A program made the position numbers and the translations under genes. The notes below the pieces were generated by a model that had not been told where the DNA came from, ran no database searches, and saw nothing but the letters and a program-made list of their open reading frames with translations. Shown here piece after piece: positions 25,271 to 40,074 of a DNA stretch of 64,000 bases. The stretch covers positions 88,056,480 to 88,120,479 of the forward strand of contig NC_068985.1 in the NCBI RefSeq assembly GCF_001194135.2, in the 5' to 3' direction. The stretch comes from Octopus bimaculoides (Eukaryota). Position 1 is the first letter of the stretch. Every line of letters starts with the position of its first letter.

Positions 25271-25701
25271 CACAGGCAAAGATAAAGCCATCACGACTGG
25301 AAGTTCTTCTACATACTTCTCAGATTTAGAAACTATAGATTATCTCTAATTTTGATAGCTAAAGCAGAGCACTCAGTTATATCGAAGACTTTAAAAATGC
25401 TGCGTCTGACATTTTTGTAATAATTTTTTTTTTTAAATGAACGCAGAAATTTGTCTTCCCAATGGGCTGCATTCAAATGTAATGATACTTATTATATTAC
25501 TGATAAATAGTATATAATTAGTCTATGATTTAAATATTTTTGAATATATGTAATGCTAGGGAAGAGTAAAAAAGAAAATTGAGAAATGAAATGCGTAGGA
25601 AATGAATTATAATAGATATGCGCCAGAGATAAGAGATGAAATAACGAAGGAAAAAAAATGTAAAGGAAGAAAGGACAAAATAGTATTGAATAGGAAGGAA
25701 G

Positions 25702-25704
<3 letters not shown>

Positions 25705-25773
<69 letters not shown>

Positions 25774-25825
25774 CAGAGAGAGACAGAGAGAGAGACAGAG
25801 AGAGACAGAGAGAGAGACAGAGAGA
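25705..25825. repeat. (GA)n/(GAGACA)n microsatellite
   Basis: Direct inspection. Confidence 0.95.
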
Positions 25826-25879
25826 TTGTATTTTAAGTTATATTCTAGAATAGAAATGAATAAGAAAATATTTTATCAG

Positions 25880-26460
25880 GTAATCGAAATGCTCTTCAGT
25901 TGCCTTTAGAGACATCTTGTCACTAGATCTCGTATGATGTAGACAAAAGGTCTGAGAATGGTAGCAGGAAATTTAAATAATATTTTGACTCCCTGATAGG
26001 TTTTATGTTAGCATTCATAATTTAACATTGGCGGAACGGTTTCAAATTGATTTAAAGTTTTTGTTGTCTATACTGGAATACTGATAATACGGTTCATTCC
26101 ATTCTTTGGGAATAAGTATTGTTTGCGTGGGCAGCCATTTTGTAATTTTGGGAACATTGATTTCTCTATTCCTTTTGAAGATACCCACGTTTTGGAGATC
26201 TGAAATGATTTGCATTGAAATATTGAGTAAATTCATCCATATTTAGAATCGTTTATAATCCAAAATATTTCGCCTTTCAAAATATACTTCATGTTTATTT
26301 CATCAAGTTTGGTTGAATGAATTCTTAAGGAGCTTCAATGACATATGATTGTTAGAGAGAAACCGATATGTAAATGTTATTCCAGTCTTTAGTACAATTC
26401 TTCGACAGAATGTATTTGTGTCATACAGAGTTTAGTGATAAGCAAGTTAGGGGTCAAATC
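25880..26460 (-). mobile_element. Decayed non-LTR (R4-like) RT relic
   Basis: ORF 26042-26236 contains KWLPTQTILIPKE, matching the RT domain-1 W...G.T.LIPK motif. Confidence 0.45.
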
Positions 26461-26914
26461 AATTTCTATTGCACACTGGACTGAAGTTAAAACTATGTCT
26501 CACCAGCAGGAGGGAGATTATCATTTTTTAGGGCCCTACTGACAATGAAGGCCAAAGTAAATGGATGAAGGGCTACGTATATTTCGTATTCAAATATGAA
26601 TATAAAAGTGTTCAAATGAATACAAAATTATAGGTATTAAGTCATGCTGCCCAAGTTTTAATCATGTTACCAATAGAATCTAGTATTCACTAAATATCGT
26701 ATCATGTGTTTCTTATAAAACAATATATGTTATTGTGTTTGTATTTAAACGAACATTGCAGAAAATATATACAGGCGATCGACAGGCACAGTTTTCCAAT
26801 ATTATTTGTTGGTGACAAACACGCATGGACATCCAAAAACTCTACCGAAAAGTATAGGTTCCGATATAGATATGCAAGATATTTATTGATTTGAGCGGAA
26901 GGCGACCAGGATAA

Positions 26915-27130
26915 TCTTTCCTGCTCTAGGCACAAGGGCCGAAATTTTGGGGGAGGGGCCGAGTCAATTAAATCATCCTCAATATGAAACTGGTATTCAA
27001 TTTATCGACCTCGAACGGATGAAAAGCAAAGTCGACCTCTACGTAATTTGAATTCAGAACGAAAAGGAAGACGAAATACTGCTAAGCATTTCGCCCGACG
27101 TGCTAACATTTCTGCCATCTCACCGCCGTA
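26915..27130 (-). mobile_element. SINE family 1, near full monomer
   Basis: aggcacaagggccgaaattttgggg..atcgacc..aaagtcgacct..aatttgaattcagaacg..taagcatttcgcccgacgtgctaacatttctgcca. Confidence 0.85.
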
Positions 27131-28859
27131 GCGGCCAGGATAATTTTAAATAAATTGATGCATAAGAAATGATATTTGATTGAAATATCGATTTGCATAA
27201 AATGTATAATGTATTAGAACGACGCTATTTGGTCTTAGAAGAATTGTTTAATAGGAATCGTAAGTTCTATTAAGGACTTGTGTGTCCTTAATATAAACAT
27301 ACTTAGAAAATCACGTTGTTAAATAACTACCTAAAAACATGAAAGGGAGAAAATCATAAAAGAAAAAAAAAACAAGAACACACAGAATAACTGAAATTTA
27401 TAACAAATATCGTCGGCTGATCGCTAGGAACGACCTTTTAACCTCGTGTTAAACTGAAACATTGTTAAGGTAAGTCTTCAGGATCACGGTCTTCATAGAA
27501 ACACTGGCAAAAGAGTGAGATGTGTAAGCACGTCTTATATGGCCGTTGTCACTGAATGATGGCAGAATGGAAATGTGTATTTTAGATAAATATTATTGAA
27601 ATTTATGATGACGTCTGTGACTATGATGTCATCCGCCCACAATATGTATGTACATACACACAAGTGCACACACCCATATTAAGACAGAGTGGAACACATA
27701 GATATGAAACACTAAATCACTGGCAACACGCATATAGAGAATGAGATTTATAAGAAAGTTTAGAGAAAAAAAGTATGATTTCTACATGAAGTGGGAAAGA
27801 AAGGATATATGTAAGAGTGTTAAAGAAAGATGTTCTGCTGAAATAATTACACTGAATTTGAGAGAAAGATATGAAAATGAGTAATATAGAAAAATCGAAA
27901 GAAACAGCAATGTAGTAAGATAATATGATCACCGAGATGAAGAAATAAGGAATTGTTACAACAAACAAGTAAACGTGTGTATTTGTAAGAGTATTAAAAG
28001 AATGATACAACAATAGAAGTAATGAAAGAATAGTTTTAATCCTGTTTGTTTTTCATTTAACAATGATGTTTAACTATTTCGCGCTAAAGAATTAAAACGA
28101 TATAACAACGCACACTTCCATACACACACAAACACACACGCACATACAGACATATACAGACTCTCACACACAAGGAATAAAAAAGAAGTATTTGGAGACG
28201 AAACATGAAGTAAACAGGAAAAAACGACAAGAATATTTTCAGAAGCAAACATGATTAAGCAGTGACAGAGGAAATGCTCACCAAAACGAAGATAATTCCT
28301 TATCAGAATCAATGCATGATTTATACATCAATACACACCATTGACGCACATGTTTGGCATCACATTTAGATATACACGCATACAGATAATCTTAAATATA
28401 GACATTAATCTGTAAGAGATGGTAGAATAAACTTTGTATGAAAAGTGATTATAAAATGCGAATTTACTCTTGTTTTGTTATTTCAGTTTTAATTATTGAG
28501 ATTTGTTATAAATTTGAGCTATACAATGAGTTTTGTTTCTTTATTTGATGATTTTCTCCCTTCCATGGTTTTATTGCGTTATTTCAAAACCTGATTTTCT
28601 AAGTATGTTTATAGTAAGTTTAATATTTCTATAGTTTTCAATTATTGTTTTTCTTTTTATATCAATAAGATTTTTTCATGATTGATAAATAGTTAAATGA
28701 ATATTGAATTTCTCAAATCTTTGTTTTGCTAGACAATTTCTGCTGAGCGTATGTCTGTTTTGTATGCATGTACTTATACATGTACAGAGAACACATGCAC
28801 GTGCGCAGAATCACAAACTCACGCACAAGCATACACATACAAACACATACACAAAACAA

Positions 28860-28895
28860 TCTCCTTCTTTCTCTCTCTCTCTCTCTCCCTATATG

Positions 28896-28927
<32 letters not shown>

Positions 28928-29350
28928 NNNNNNNNNNNNNNNNNNNNNNNNNNNNNNNNNNNNNNNNNNNNNNNNNNNNNNNNNNNNNNNNNNNNNNNNN
29001 NNNNNNNNNNNNNNNNNNNNNNNNNNNNNNNNNNNNNNNNNNNNNNNNNNNNNNNNNNNNNNNNNNNNNNNNNNNNNNNNNNNNNNNNNNNNNNNNNNNN
29101 NNNNNNNNNNNNNNNNNNNNNNNNNNNNNNNNNNNNNNNNNNNNNNNNNNNNNNNNNNNNNNNNNNNNNNNNNNNNNNNNNNNNNNNNNNNNNNNNNNNN
29201 NNNNNNNNNNNNNNNNNNNNNNNNNNNNNNNNNNNNNNNNNNNNNNNNNNNNNNNNNNNNNNNNNNNNNNNNNNNNNNNNNNNNNNNNNNNNNNNNNNNN
29301 NNNNNNNNNNNNNNNNNNNNNNNNNNNNNNNNNNNNNNNNNNATATATAT
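28860..29350. repeat. (CT)n(AT)n microsatellite flanking assembly gap 28928-29342
   Basis: Direct inspection. Confidence 0.95.
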
Positions 29351-30739
29351 GTAATATTCTAATAGACATAATTATAATAAGGGATCAGCTAATTGCCTCG
29401 CCACATACTGAATTAGAAATAGACGCTAATGTCTTTTCAACTACCACAAAGCCTCCGAGAAAATAAATCACTTTTGAATGTAGGCCAAAGGAAAACTAAC
29501 GAATCAACTCGACCGCGGTTAATTACAGACGCGTTTCGAACTGAAAGTAAAACATAATTACCGATTGTTCTCTTCAGTGTAATAATCCAAATATAAATGT
29601 GCAAGTGTTGGAATAAATATGCACGCGATCATGTTTCATAGCGTGACTAATATTTAACCACACTTCCAAAGATATACAGCGGAGTGTGATTCGTATTTAT
29701 CCTTTAACCCACGTGTGTTCTACGACCTATCCCGCAGAAAACTGGAGTTTCCATCATGGAGTGACTTATAATTTTAATAATGGTAATATACGGCAAGAGT
29801 ACTAATGATAATAATTTTACCAAGTGTGTTATTTTCTCGGAGATTAGGGTCTATTTTGAATTCGGTACGTGGCGCGGCAATTAGATGACCTCATATTATA
29901 TTTATGTATATAAATATAGAATATTTTGTGTAATTTACCTAAAGGCTTTTTCAACATTCTGACTACTTCGTAAAATTATTGTTATTAGTAATGTTACCCT
30001 ATATTATCATTATATGTATGTATGTATGTATACATATTCGTGTATATACACACACACACACACGAATATGTATACATACATACATACATACACAATGTAC
30101 ATACGCATACAGACATTATTAATGAGTTACATTTGCATATATTCGATGAACGCGTAGTGATATAAAGCCTGACTGCATATTATTTGCTGCTAACATATAT
30201 TAAGAGCATTTTCAAAATGATTTACAAGTTTTGCTGAATAAGAGAATTTTGTTCAAACATATGTATAAGTGCCCCTGTGTGTATATCTGTCTGTTCATGT
30301 ATAAACATGACATTGAATGGTATAATATAGATTACAGCTAGGTGTAGAGTGGTATATGGTTGTATGTTTCTTACTCCCAGATTTAAAAATGAACTATTTT
30401 GTCGCCATGGTTATTCAAACGCTGTTTCTATGTTTTTGAATCTCGACTTCAAATCTGAAAACTTGGTGTGACTCACTTGATAAAAGTGATAATTCATCTC
30501 AGTCAATATGATTTGTCGAGATAGGAATTGGCTTCAGTTTACTAAATATTCACACCTGCATTAATGTCTTCAACACTTGTATTGTAACCCCTTTCTCTGA
30601 AATCGATTATTGTTTTCTGTGTTGATCGTTCACCTCATACACTTTCAAATATTTGGTGTTATATTCTCTCTCCGTTCATAGTCATATGTATGCCTAAACA
30701 TACATCCATATAAATGCATATGTGGATAAATACAAACAC

Positions 30740-31246
30740 ACACACATACATATGTATATATGTATATATGTATGTATATACATATATATGTATACCTATA
30801 TATATATATATATATNNNNNNNNNNNNNNNNNNNNNNNNNNNNNNNNNNNNNNNNNNNNNNNNNNNNNNNNNNNNNNNNNNNNNNNNNNNNNNNNNNNNN
30901 NNNNNNNNNNNNNNNNNNNNNNNNNNNNNNNNNNNNNNNNNNNNNNNNNNNNNNNNNNNNNNNNNNNNNNNNNNNNNNNNNNNNNNNNNNNNNNNNNNNN
31001 NNNNNNNNNNNNNNNNNNNNNNNNNNNNNNNNNNNNNNNNNNNNNNNNNNNNNNNNNNNNNNNNNNNNNNNNNNNNNNNNNNNNNNNNNNNNNNNNNNNN
31101 NNNNNNNNNNNNNNNNNNNNNNNNNNNNNNNNNNNNNNNNNNNNNNNNNNNNNNNNNNNNNNNNNNNNNNNNNNNNNNNNNNNNNNNNNNNNNNNNNNNN
31201 NNNNNNNNNNNNNNNNNNNNNNNNNNNNNNNNNNNNNNNNNNNNNN
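30740..31246. repeat. AT-rich microsatellite followed by assembly gap 30816-31246
   Basis: Direct inspection. Confidence 0.95.
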
Positions 31247-31503
31247 TAATTTGTAGTTTTGAAATCAGTAGTTCTTTGACTGCTGTTTCTGAATTCTCAG
31301 TATGTTGGAGAAGCAGGTTACTGTCAATCCCTATATATTTATGATTATAAATGTTTTTTACCGAAAAAGGTTTTTTCATACTGAGCTACCCGCCAAAATT
31401 GTTAATTATTAATTTTATTACTAATTGACGATTCCCTGCCCTGCATATCTATATATATTTATATATATATATGTATATATATGTATATATATATAGGTAT
31501 ATA

Positions 31504-31550
<47 letters not shown>

Positions 31551-32736
31551 CGCGCGTGTGTGTGTGTGTTTGTGAGTGTGTGTAAATGTATGTGTATGAG
31601 TGCGTGTGCATGTGTGTTATAAGCGATGCGTGTTACCAGAATTTTCGACTCAAGGTGAATAGACCTCAGCACTGTAAATCTTTGTTATATTATATCTGTG
31701 AATGGATTTACGATTGGCCAGCTTGCACAGGACATAAAGTAGTTCAATGTATAAAATGAAGTCAAACCAAGTTGAAGACAATTTCGAATGTCTCACATGC
31801 AAAATTTGCAAAATCTCTTAACAACACTACAGGGTTGGTCTTAGGCAAGAAAAGACGATTTAATTTCACAGCTAAGATTTTAGAAATTGAGTGAATGGAT
31901 ATTTTCTGTTAAGGACTCTATACATTTGAAGGTGACATTCCAAAGGTATGTTTTGAGGTTGAGATTCTAATCTTCATTCGGTTTCTGCTGGCTACGGTGT
32001 AAGATCTCGTAGTGAAGATGGTTGATATCACAAACTAATTCAATTGTTTGGACGCATTTTCCGCTCAAAAGTCACTTATGCCCAGTTTGAAATTACACCT
32101 GTATTCTGGTAGATGGATTTCAGTTTATAACATCTGTGATCCGTTAAGTATAGTTCTTGATTGGTTCTCATAACTCTAAACATTTGACCTAGACTCGTCC
32201 AATATCGCTATACTAGATGCGATGATGCCAACCATGAAACAGTTCACCAATTTCAGCCAATGGGATACGTCTAGCAAACTTATCAATTGGTTCATTAAAC
32301 TGTGTTTCAAGAATGAAATATCCAACTCGTTGAATAATTTTCTTCACTACATATTTTCCCTGAACAAGGATCTTATTTTTGTCAAACCTTTCTTAAAACC
32401 CCTCATGGCGGAATTAGTATTATCCTCACTGCCAGGTGTAGTATGATAATACTCCAGTGCGAACTGTGGTTCCGTGCCGCCTGAGAGAATGAGTTTGAGA
32501 ATTCGCTAGGTTCATTCGTCTCAGCCCAGGTTATAAATCTGGTGGGTCTATAATCTTTATATGAACTCCGCTAATTCTTTCCACTTACTAGTTGTGTTTT
32601 TTTTTTTCTCGTGTTGTATTTAGAAATTTAGAAACAGAAAATATAGAAATTACTGTTGGTATACCTAACATAGGATATCATTGATGTTCCATAATTTTAT
32701 GTTTTGTTTCAGTTAATTTTTCATACAGGCTGTTCA

Positions 32737-32971
32737 TACAGGGTGTTCAAAACGCAGTAAGTGTTTTTGTTGCAAAATGAATATTTATCAGATGGTATGA
32801 GACTACAAAAGAATATTTTACACTTTACAAAACTTGAAAAAACTTTATGAGAAGTGTTTAAAGTGTCGTCCTTCATTTTGCCAGACATAAGTTGTCTCTT
32901 CTACACATGATTTGAAATATATGCGGCAGGGCGAAGACCTTAACTGCGGAGAGACTTTTTGAACACCTTGT
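32737..32971 (-). mobile_element. Short internally deleted Tc1/mariner derivative (MITE-like)
   Basis: Terminal inverted repeats ACAGGGTGTTCAAAA (32738-32752) and TTTTGAACACCTTGT (32957-32971), 14/15 match. Internal minus frame ..WQNEGRHFKHFS* resembles the GGHFEHL* transposase C-terminus. Confidence 0.65.
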
Positions 32972-32974
32972 CTG

Positions 32975-33815
32975 TGTGTGTGTGTATACATATATATATA
33001 TATATATANNNNNNNNNNNNNNNNNNNNNNNNNNNNNNNNNNNNNNNNNNNNNNNNNNNNNNNNNNNNNNNNNNNNNNNNNNNNNNNNNNNNNNNNNNNN
33101 NNNNNNNNNNNNNNNNNNNNNNNNNNNNNNNNNNNNNNNNNNNNNNNNNNNNNNNNNNNNNNNNNNNNNNNNNNNNNNNNNNNNNNNNNNNNNNNNNNNN
33201 NNNNNNNNNNNNNNNNNNNNNNNNNNNNNNNNNNNNNNNNNNNNNNNNNNNNNNNNNNNNNNNNNNNNNNNNNNNNNNNNNNNNNNNNNNNNNNNNNNNN
33301 NNNNNNNNNNNNNNNNNNNNNNNNNNNNNNNNNNNNNNNNNNNNNNNNNNNNNNNNNNNNNNNNNNNNNNNNNNNNNNNNNNNNNNNNNNNNNNNNNNNN
33401 NNNNNNNNNNNNNNNNNNNNNNNNNNNNNNNNNNNNNNNNNNNNNNNNNNNNNNNNNNNNNNNNNNNNNNNNNNNNNNNNNNNNNNNNNNNNNNNNNNNN
33501 NNNNNNNNNNNNNNNNNNNNNNNNNNNNNNNNNNNNNNNNNNNNNNNNNNNNNNNNNNNNNNNNNNNNNNNNNNNNNNNNNNNNNNNNNNNNNNNNNNNN
33601 NNNNNNNNNNNNNNNNNNNNNNNNNNNNNNNNNNNNNNNNNNNNNNNNNNNNNNNNNNNNNNNNNNNNNNNNNNNNNNNNNNNNNNNNNNNNNNNNNNNN
33701 NNNNNNNNNNNNNNNNNNNNNNNNNNNNNNNNNNNNNNNNNNNNNNNNNNNNNNNNNNNNNNNNNNNNNNNNNNNNNNNNNNNNNNNNNTATATATATAT
33801 ATATATATATATATT
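32975..33815. repeat. (GT)/(AT)n microsatellites around assembly gap 33009-33789
   Basis: Direct inspection. Confidence 0.95.
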
Positions 33816-35169
33816 TAAACATCCAGATTAAAGCATTGCATAACGCAAGCTGAGCAACACTGAAATTCATCAAAGGTAAACAATAGATTTTATTTTATTA
33901 AATGTATTTGAAGCGCGGATAACATTTTTTTAACTGTTATGTATTAATATGATATTGGGGTAAAACTCCTACGCATTAAACCTAGTATTTTGTGTGTGCG
34001 CGTGCGCGTGTGTATCACTATATATATTACACATGTGCGTGTAGTAGTGTATAGCCGATTGTTTGCCGTTAACTCTCCAGCTACAAGTCTATCTCTCAAT
34101 ATGTCAACTGCAATATCTGTTAGCATCTATCGTTCCTACACTCTGCCTTTCCCTCTTTTTATCTGTTGTTTCTCTCGATGTGTGTCTTAACGTCACGTAT
34201 GTTTGTGCAATATAGGTGACGCTTAATTTTCAATCTCAACATAAGATATATTACCGCCTTATCAAACCTGCTCAGTTTTATGACCATTCAGCCCTGATAC
34301 CAATAGTATTATATTAGACTCTTTAGCAGCTTTTACTGCCTTATCTCCTTCCTATTTTCTTGTCTATCTACTACGATGTATTTCTCTGCAGCCAACATAT
34401 AACTGATACATTCAACGCTTAATCCTCTTTATTAAGCCTAATCAGCTACTTACACGATGCATTATACAATGCAGTTCTCTTTTCATGGATACAGATAACA
34501 TTCGTTGCAAACAGATAAAACATTGATAAACGTGATCCATCTCTTTTTACCTTTGCCATAACTCTTTCAATTCCTCCATTTCAATCACTAATTAATTCAT
34601 GTAGATAGCAGGATGTATTTACAAAGTATAACAAGCTATGTAATTCAAAGTCCCCATTAGGCTCTGTACGTGATGATAAGTCCTATCTGCTTATAACAAA
34701 TCTGTAATGCTTATTAAACGTTATTTTGAAATACATAACACTGTAGTACTGTATCGTAATTTTATGAACTAAGAGCAGGAATTCTACATACAGTCGTGCA
34801 TGTATACATACATGGAGAAATTAAACGTTAAGTGTTTTAATTTTCCTACTTTGTTGTTAGAGAAATGCATACTTAATCGTTTTTTTAAACCAGTGAATAA
34901 TACAAATAAACTCATACCTGTAAGCGAAGATGCATATTTAACAAGTATCTGCATCGGCAGAATTAAATGAGATACACTGATAAGCAGTTAATTCATCCAT
35001 TTTCAACTTTTCACATTCTCTGCTAACTCTACCAACATATGTGATGTAGTCCTCTACGTTGTACTTTTCTAAGTTCAAACATTTCCAGCGTGCATTGAAC
35101 AACGAGCTTTTCTCGGGAGTATGTAATTACTGTTACGCTCATGTTTTCCTATTGCCAATTTTCTTAAGA

Positions 35170-35620
35170 TAAAATGTTTTCATATGCCGTCCCGATCTTT
35201 ATACACTTTATTGAAGACTTGTTCGTATCTTCTATAGTACGCCTTGAAGGTAACTCCTTCGTCTGGTTCATGCTTAAACTCTATCATCGAGTTTGCAACA
35301 TAATCTGCCGACAACATTTTTTCAGTATTTTTTGACGACTTCCAATTCATTGATTGCAGCATTTGTTTCTGTAATAGTAACTGCTGTTACGGCTGCTTCT
35401 GGTATTGTTCTTCCTGATGTAGCTGCTGCTATTAATGGTCTTACAGTTGATGTTGCTGTTTTTGCAGCTCGAAAGAACCGGCCAACAATTTTTCAACAAT
35501 TTTACGATGGTTGTATACCGTAAAATTGGTACAATAAAGAGAAAATCTTTTGTGAGTTTCGTAACTCCATGTCAGTTTGTTAATTCTCGTGTGTTAGTTA
35601 ATTTCTCGTCACCACTCTTT
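35170..35620 (-). mobile_element. Ty3/gypsy-like LTR retrotransposon relic: PBS-like site and gag N-terminus
   Basis: ORF 35180-35362 reads SADYVANSMIEFKHEPDEGVTFKAYYRRYEQVF (gag-like). Upstream on the minus strand is TGGTGACGAG (35605-35614), resembling the TGGCGACGAG primer-binding site. An LTR probably extends towards 35.8 kb. Confidence 0.55.
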
Positions 35621-35864
35621 GTAATCCTTTTGTCGGACTGTTGTCACGTCCACACCGATATATATATTCAGACAAGAACACGACTATCTCTGACCGTCTA
35701 TTTCGTATTCTCTACTTATACTGAAACTGACTGACAGTATTTATAACGACTAACACATACCACTCGTCACGTGAAAGAGGTGTTCTCTTATTACTATTTC
35801 CCCTATAACATTGATAAAAACGTTTAAATTCTTATTTTGATCTTTATTTACGAGCGTGTGCGTG

Positions 35865-36070
35865 GTTTAAGGTAAGAAGTTTGCTTTCCAACATCATGTT
35901 TCCGCTTTCACTCCCACTGCATGGCACATTGAGTAAATGTCTTCTACTTTAGCCCTCAATCGACCAAAGCATGGTGGATATATTTGGATGACGGAAACTG
36001 AAAGTAGTGCGTGTGTCTTTGTGTGTTTGTTTGTGCGTGTATGTGTGTGTTTGTGTCCCTGTTTGTCTGC
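35865..36070 (+). mobile_element. tRNA-derived SINE family 2 head and body
   Basis: ggtaagaagtttgctttccaac..cactcccactgcatggcacattgagtaaatgtcttctact..gacggaaactgaaag. Confidence 0.75.
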
Positions 36071-37184
36071 CCCCAAAATAATTTTCAATAATTTTTCTCG
36101 GCATTTCATGTGTTTGCAAAGTAAAATCTCCTATCAATACAGAAATATTTTTAAAATATCACCAACAATTTCATCTTAATATATTACGCACATATTACTC
36201 CCAGATATACATTTCGGTATTTTTTTGTGAAACAGAATCTAAACATCAGAAATTTTCTGATTTTAAAGTGAATTCTTAAATTATTAAATCCTTTTGTAGT
36301 CCAATCAAATTGTTTTTTTTTTTTTAAGAAATCAATATTTCTTGTTTTGAAGACAAATGAGTTGGTATATTGATTAACAGTAGATGATTTTATACATAAT
36401 TCTGACGTATATGAATAATGTTTAATTGCTTAGTATATTTTCACAATTTCAAATGTGACGACCATTAAACACAAGTGATATATTAGACAACATTATAATG
36501 ACAAATAGAAATGTTTCAATGTTGCTGTTGCTGTTGCGACTGTTGTTGTTGTCGTTAATGATGTTGTTGTTTTTGTTATTGTTGTTGTTTTACAGAGCCG
36601 CTTTGTTCTGCTAGAGCACATTCTATGACATTGAATTGACTGATACAAGTAGACCGCCGTTCTGTCGCCATCAAATCTTCATTCTAGGTATAATAACAAA
36701 TAGACTTTGTTTTAAAGACTTTAGGAAGTTTCTTAAGAGCTATTGAACGCTGAATTGACAGAATAGGAAACAAAGCATCTACGCCTGTTATTATCAAATC
36801 GATGACGTTTCACTATATCTTAAATCTAAACGGTTTGATATTCCTATAAGTAGCTAACGCAGAGTAGAATATTTCATCGCTGAAATATGCCACACAGTAC
36901 CATACAATTGATGACTGATTTTGTTGGATTTCAATTAATTGTGTGCTGTGATTGCGGCAAGAAATTTCACACAATGCATTCAGTAAGGGCCGTCCACTCA
37001 CCATCGGATGATAGCAACAATCAGCGAAAATTTGAGTTATTATTGTTTGATCCCCTTATAATTTAACTAAAACCCATCTATTGTCTTAGGCAATACACTT
37101 TCCTTGCAGGCTTAGAAAATCGAAGACAGTGTTATCCATGTTATCACTTTCTTATCATTTTTTACTTCTTTAAGTTATTAGTCT

Positions 37185-37425
37185 GTTGCCATTCTACGGC
37201 ACCGCCTTGGAGGAATTTTAGTTGAACTAATCGAGTACTTATTCTTTTAAGCCTAGTATTTCTTCTATCGGTCACTTTTACCGAACCACTAAGTTATGAG
37301 GACGTTACCCACAAGGCTTGGGTCGGCCTGAAGCTATATTTTAAGACACTTGCCCAAAGTGACACGCAGTAGGACTGAACCTGGAACCATGTAGTCTGAA
37401 GCAATCTTGTTGCCATACAACAACG
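37185..37425 (-). mobile_element. SINE family 2, internally deleted
   Basis: gcaccgccttg..aagcctagta..ccgaaccactaagtta..aagacacttgcccaaagtgacacgcagtaggactgaacctggaaccatgt. Confidence 0.8.
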
Positions 37426-39384
37426 CGTCCCGCAAGAGTGTTTATTTATCATTATTCTAGGTTGTTAAGCGTCGAGGTGGCGGAATCTTTGCATGCCAAA
37501 CAAAATGCTTAACAGCATTTCTTTCAGACGTAATAGTATTAATAGTGAACCTGAATATTTTGCGTATGATTTTATTTTATGTATCTGAGAGTAGATCGGG
37601 TTAAATAAACGGTGTATACCGATCTGGTGTTATTGGAAGGTGCTGTAACAGCAAATACCTTTTTTAGTTTATAATTAAGCTCAATGATAGGAAGCTTTCC
37701 ACGTAGACTGAAGAAACATAACATTGATAATCCCTACGCCCAAAGCCTTCGATGTTGACTGCTTAAAAATCTTTAAACTTCCAAATATGTTCACCTTCTG
37801 ATGTCAAATAAACGTGTAGAAATAAACCAAATCACCTTCAATATTTTCTATGTTTCTCAATTCATAATTATTATTTGAAGTTTTCAGCTTCAGATCAAAC
37901 ACACCAACAATATTTCTGACGCCATTTTTTTGTTTTTTTCACAAATATTTTCTTTGAATATCGATGCAGAAAATAACGTACACATATGAAACAAAGTAAA
38001 GTTATAGTATTTTCATATAAGATGTTTTCTTCACATATGATGTTATGCAATTACACTCAGCACTATTTTGCACCAAAACACGAGACCTCAGTAAGGGGTA
38101 ATATGATGTTGAATTTTTTTTGCATTTCTAAAGGCATTAGCAACATATGGGAAATGACTGCTGCTCTTAATTAGAATCGTACTCAACTTACCAATTATCT
38201 CTCTCACTTGGATGTCAGCAGCAAGTATTTCCCATTACTCTGGCTGAAATATTAATTTCCTAACTCTTCTACGAACATTTGCTTGAAAAATTTCTTCAAT
38301 TAGGAGAATTATCAGCAGACGTTTGATCGTTTTTTTTGGGGTTTTTTTTTGTGCTGCATTGAAAACAATGATCTCAACTGACTTAATTTGTAATATATTG
38401 TTCGCAATGACGTTAATGTCAACAACTCTTGTCTTTTTATCTTCCTCTACACTGACACAGCAGGTGCAATGCCTAAAAAGTTTAAGAAAAAATACAGCGA
38501 ATATAATTTCAATTAATGTTTGTGTTTTAGAGAAACTAGCCAGTTATAGGTAAAAATTCTTAACCAATAGACGCCTCAATTTATTTCGAAAATTTAGAAA
38601 CAGAAAATAGTAAATCATTTTGAAATGGAACTATCTCAATCTCCATATCATATATTCGAAATTTATATATAATTTCAAAACATTTGCTCAAAGTCTAACT
38701 ACATAAATTTAATTCAGAAATCTTTAATAAACACATATAGTCAGACAGTTATATGTAGAAATTACGGAATATCATATATTATGTGTTTTCTAAGAGAGTA
38801 ATGTTTACGTTTGTAAATGAATTAGAGATGTTCTTTCAAACAATGGTTTCTATTGAAGTCACAATAAATGAGATATATTGCAAAAAATATTTCCACTTTG
38901 CATATTTCCCACGACATCTCCACTTCCAGTGCGTATTACAAATTTTTCGTGTCACAGAAGTGATCAACGATTTCCAAAAGATAGTTTCATTAAATAAAAT
39001 CAGTATCCGCGCGTATTTCCAAGCGTCATTCTATTTTTACCATTGATACACACGCAAACGAGCACATACATACTTCTTGATCATTACTAATCAGTTTTCT
39101 GAAACGTGGTGATATCTATCCTCTTGGGTATTTTCTCAAACTTTTCACGGAAATGGCGATTTTCCTCGATCTTTGTGAGAGTTGATCATCATTTGATATT
39201 TATGTCAGCAGTTTCATAATCTGTATCTGATCAATCCTGCTTATACTTAGCTCCTCGTTGTTCATTCCTGCATTGTTATTTTCTGGAGTCCAAAGCCTGT
39301 AACTCTCTGACTATTTATGCTACAGGTCCTATTGAAGTGTTTTCCTGCGGATGTTTTAAGTAAATTCAGATGCTGATTTTACTA

Positions 39385-40074
39385 CTGAAATTATTATTAT
39401 TTTTCAGTAGGTTTATTTTTATCACTTGCTTTCACTGCAGTACTGAGCACAGCTCTGTGTGCCCTGGGTATGTGCTGTGCTTTGTTGTGATGCTCTTATG
39501 GTTACTGTATTGAAAGCGTTTTGCGTAGGATGTGCGCAGTACCTAGTAATGCTATTTTCTGTATGTTATATATATTTGTTAGCCCTGGTGTTTTTGTTAT
39601 GTATTTGTCTGAATAATTTTCATGATACCTAATGCACCCATTATGGTAGGAATTGTTTCTGGTTTTAAACTCCACGTTCGAGTTACCTCTCTTTCCAGGT
39701 CTTTGTATTTTGAAAGATTTTCCATTTTATTTAGAGAAACGTTGTCGTCTGCTAGTATCGATACATCAATTACAAAGCATATTGTTTTCTTCATGATCTC
39801 TAACAACTATATTTGGCCTAGTGGCCTTAATTTTTCTATCTCTGTGTATTGGCATATCCCAGAGTATGGTTGCTTTCTCGTTTTCTGTGACTTTTTCTGG
39901 TGTGTGCCTATACCACCTTTTTCTGTTGTTATTCAATAGTGTTAGCATATCTTCCAGTGTATACATGTCCCAACTATGTCGTGTCTGTGAATATATTCCT
40001 TCTTAGCCAGGACTGGGCAGCCAAAGACAATACAATTTATTATTTCTTGCCCATCTCCACATATTCTGCAGTTA

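Noticed and set aside
31900-32560. Coding-like stretch, possibly a DNA transposon relic
   Set aside because: Multiple stops in all frames and no diagnostic catalytic motif recognised.
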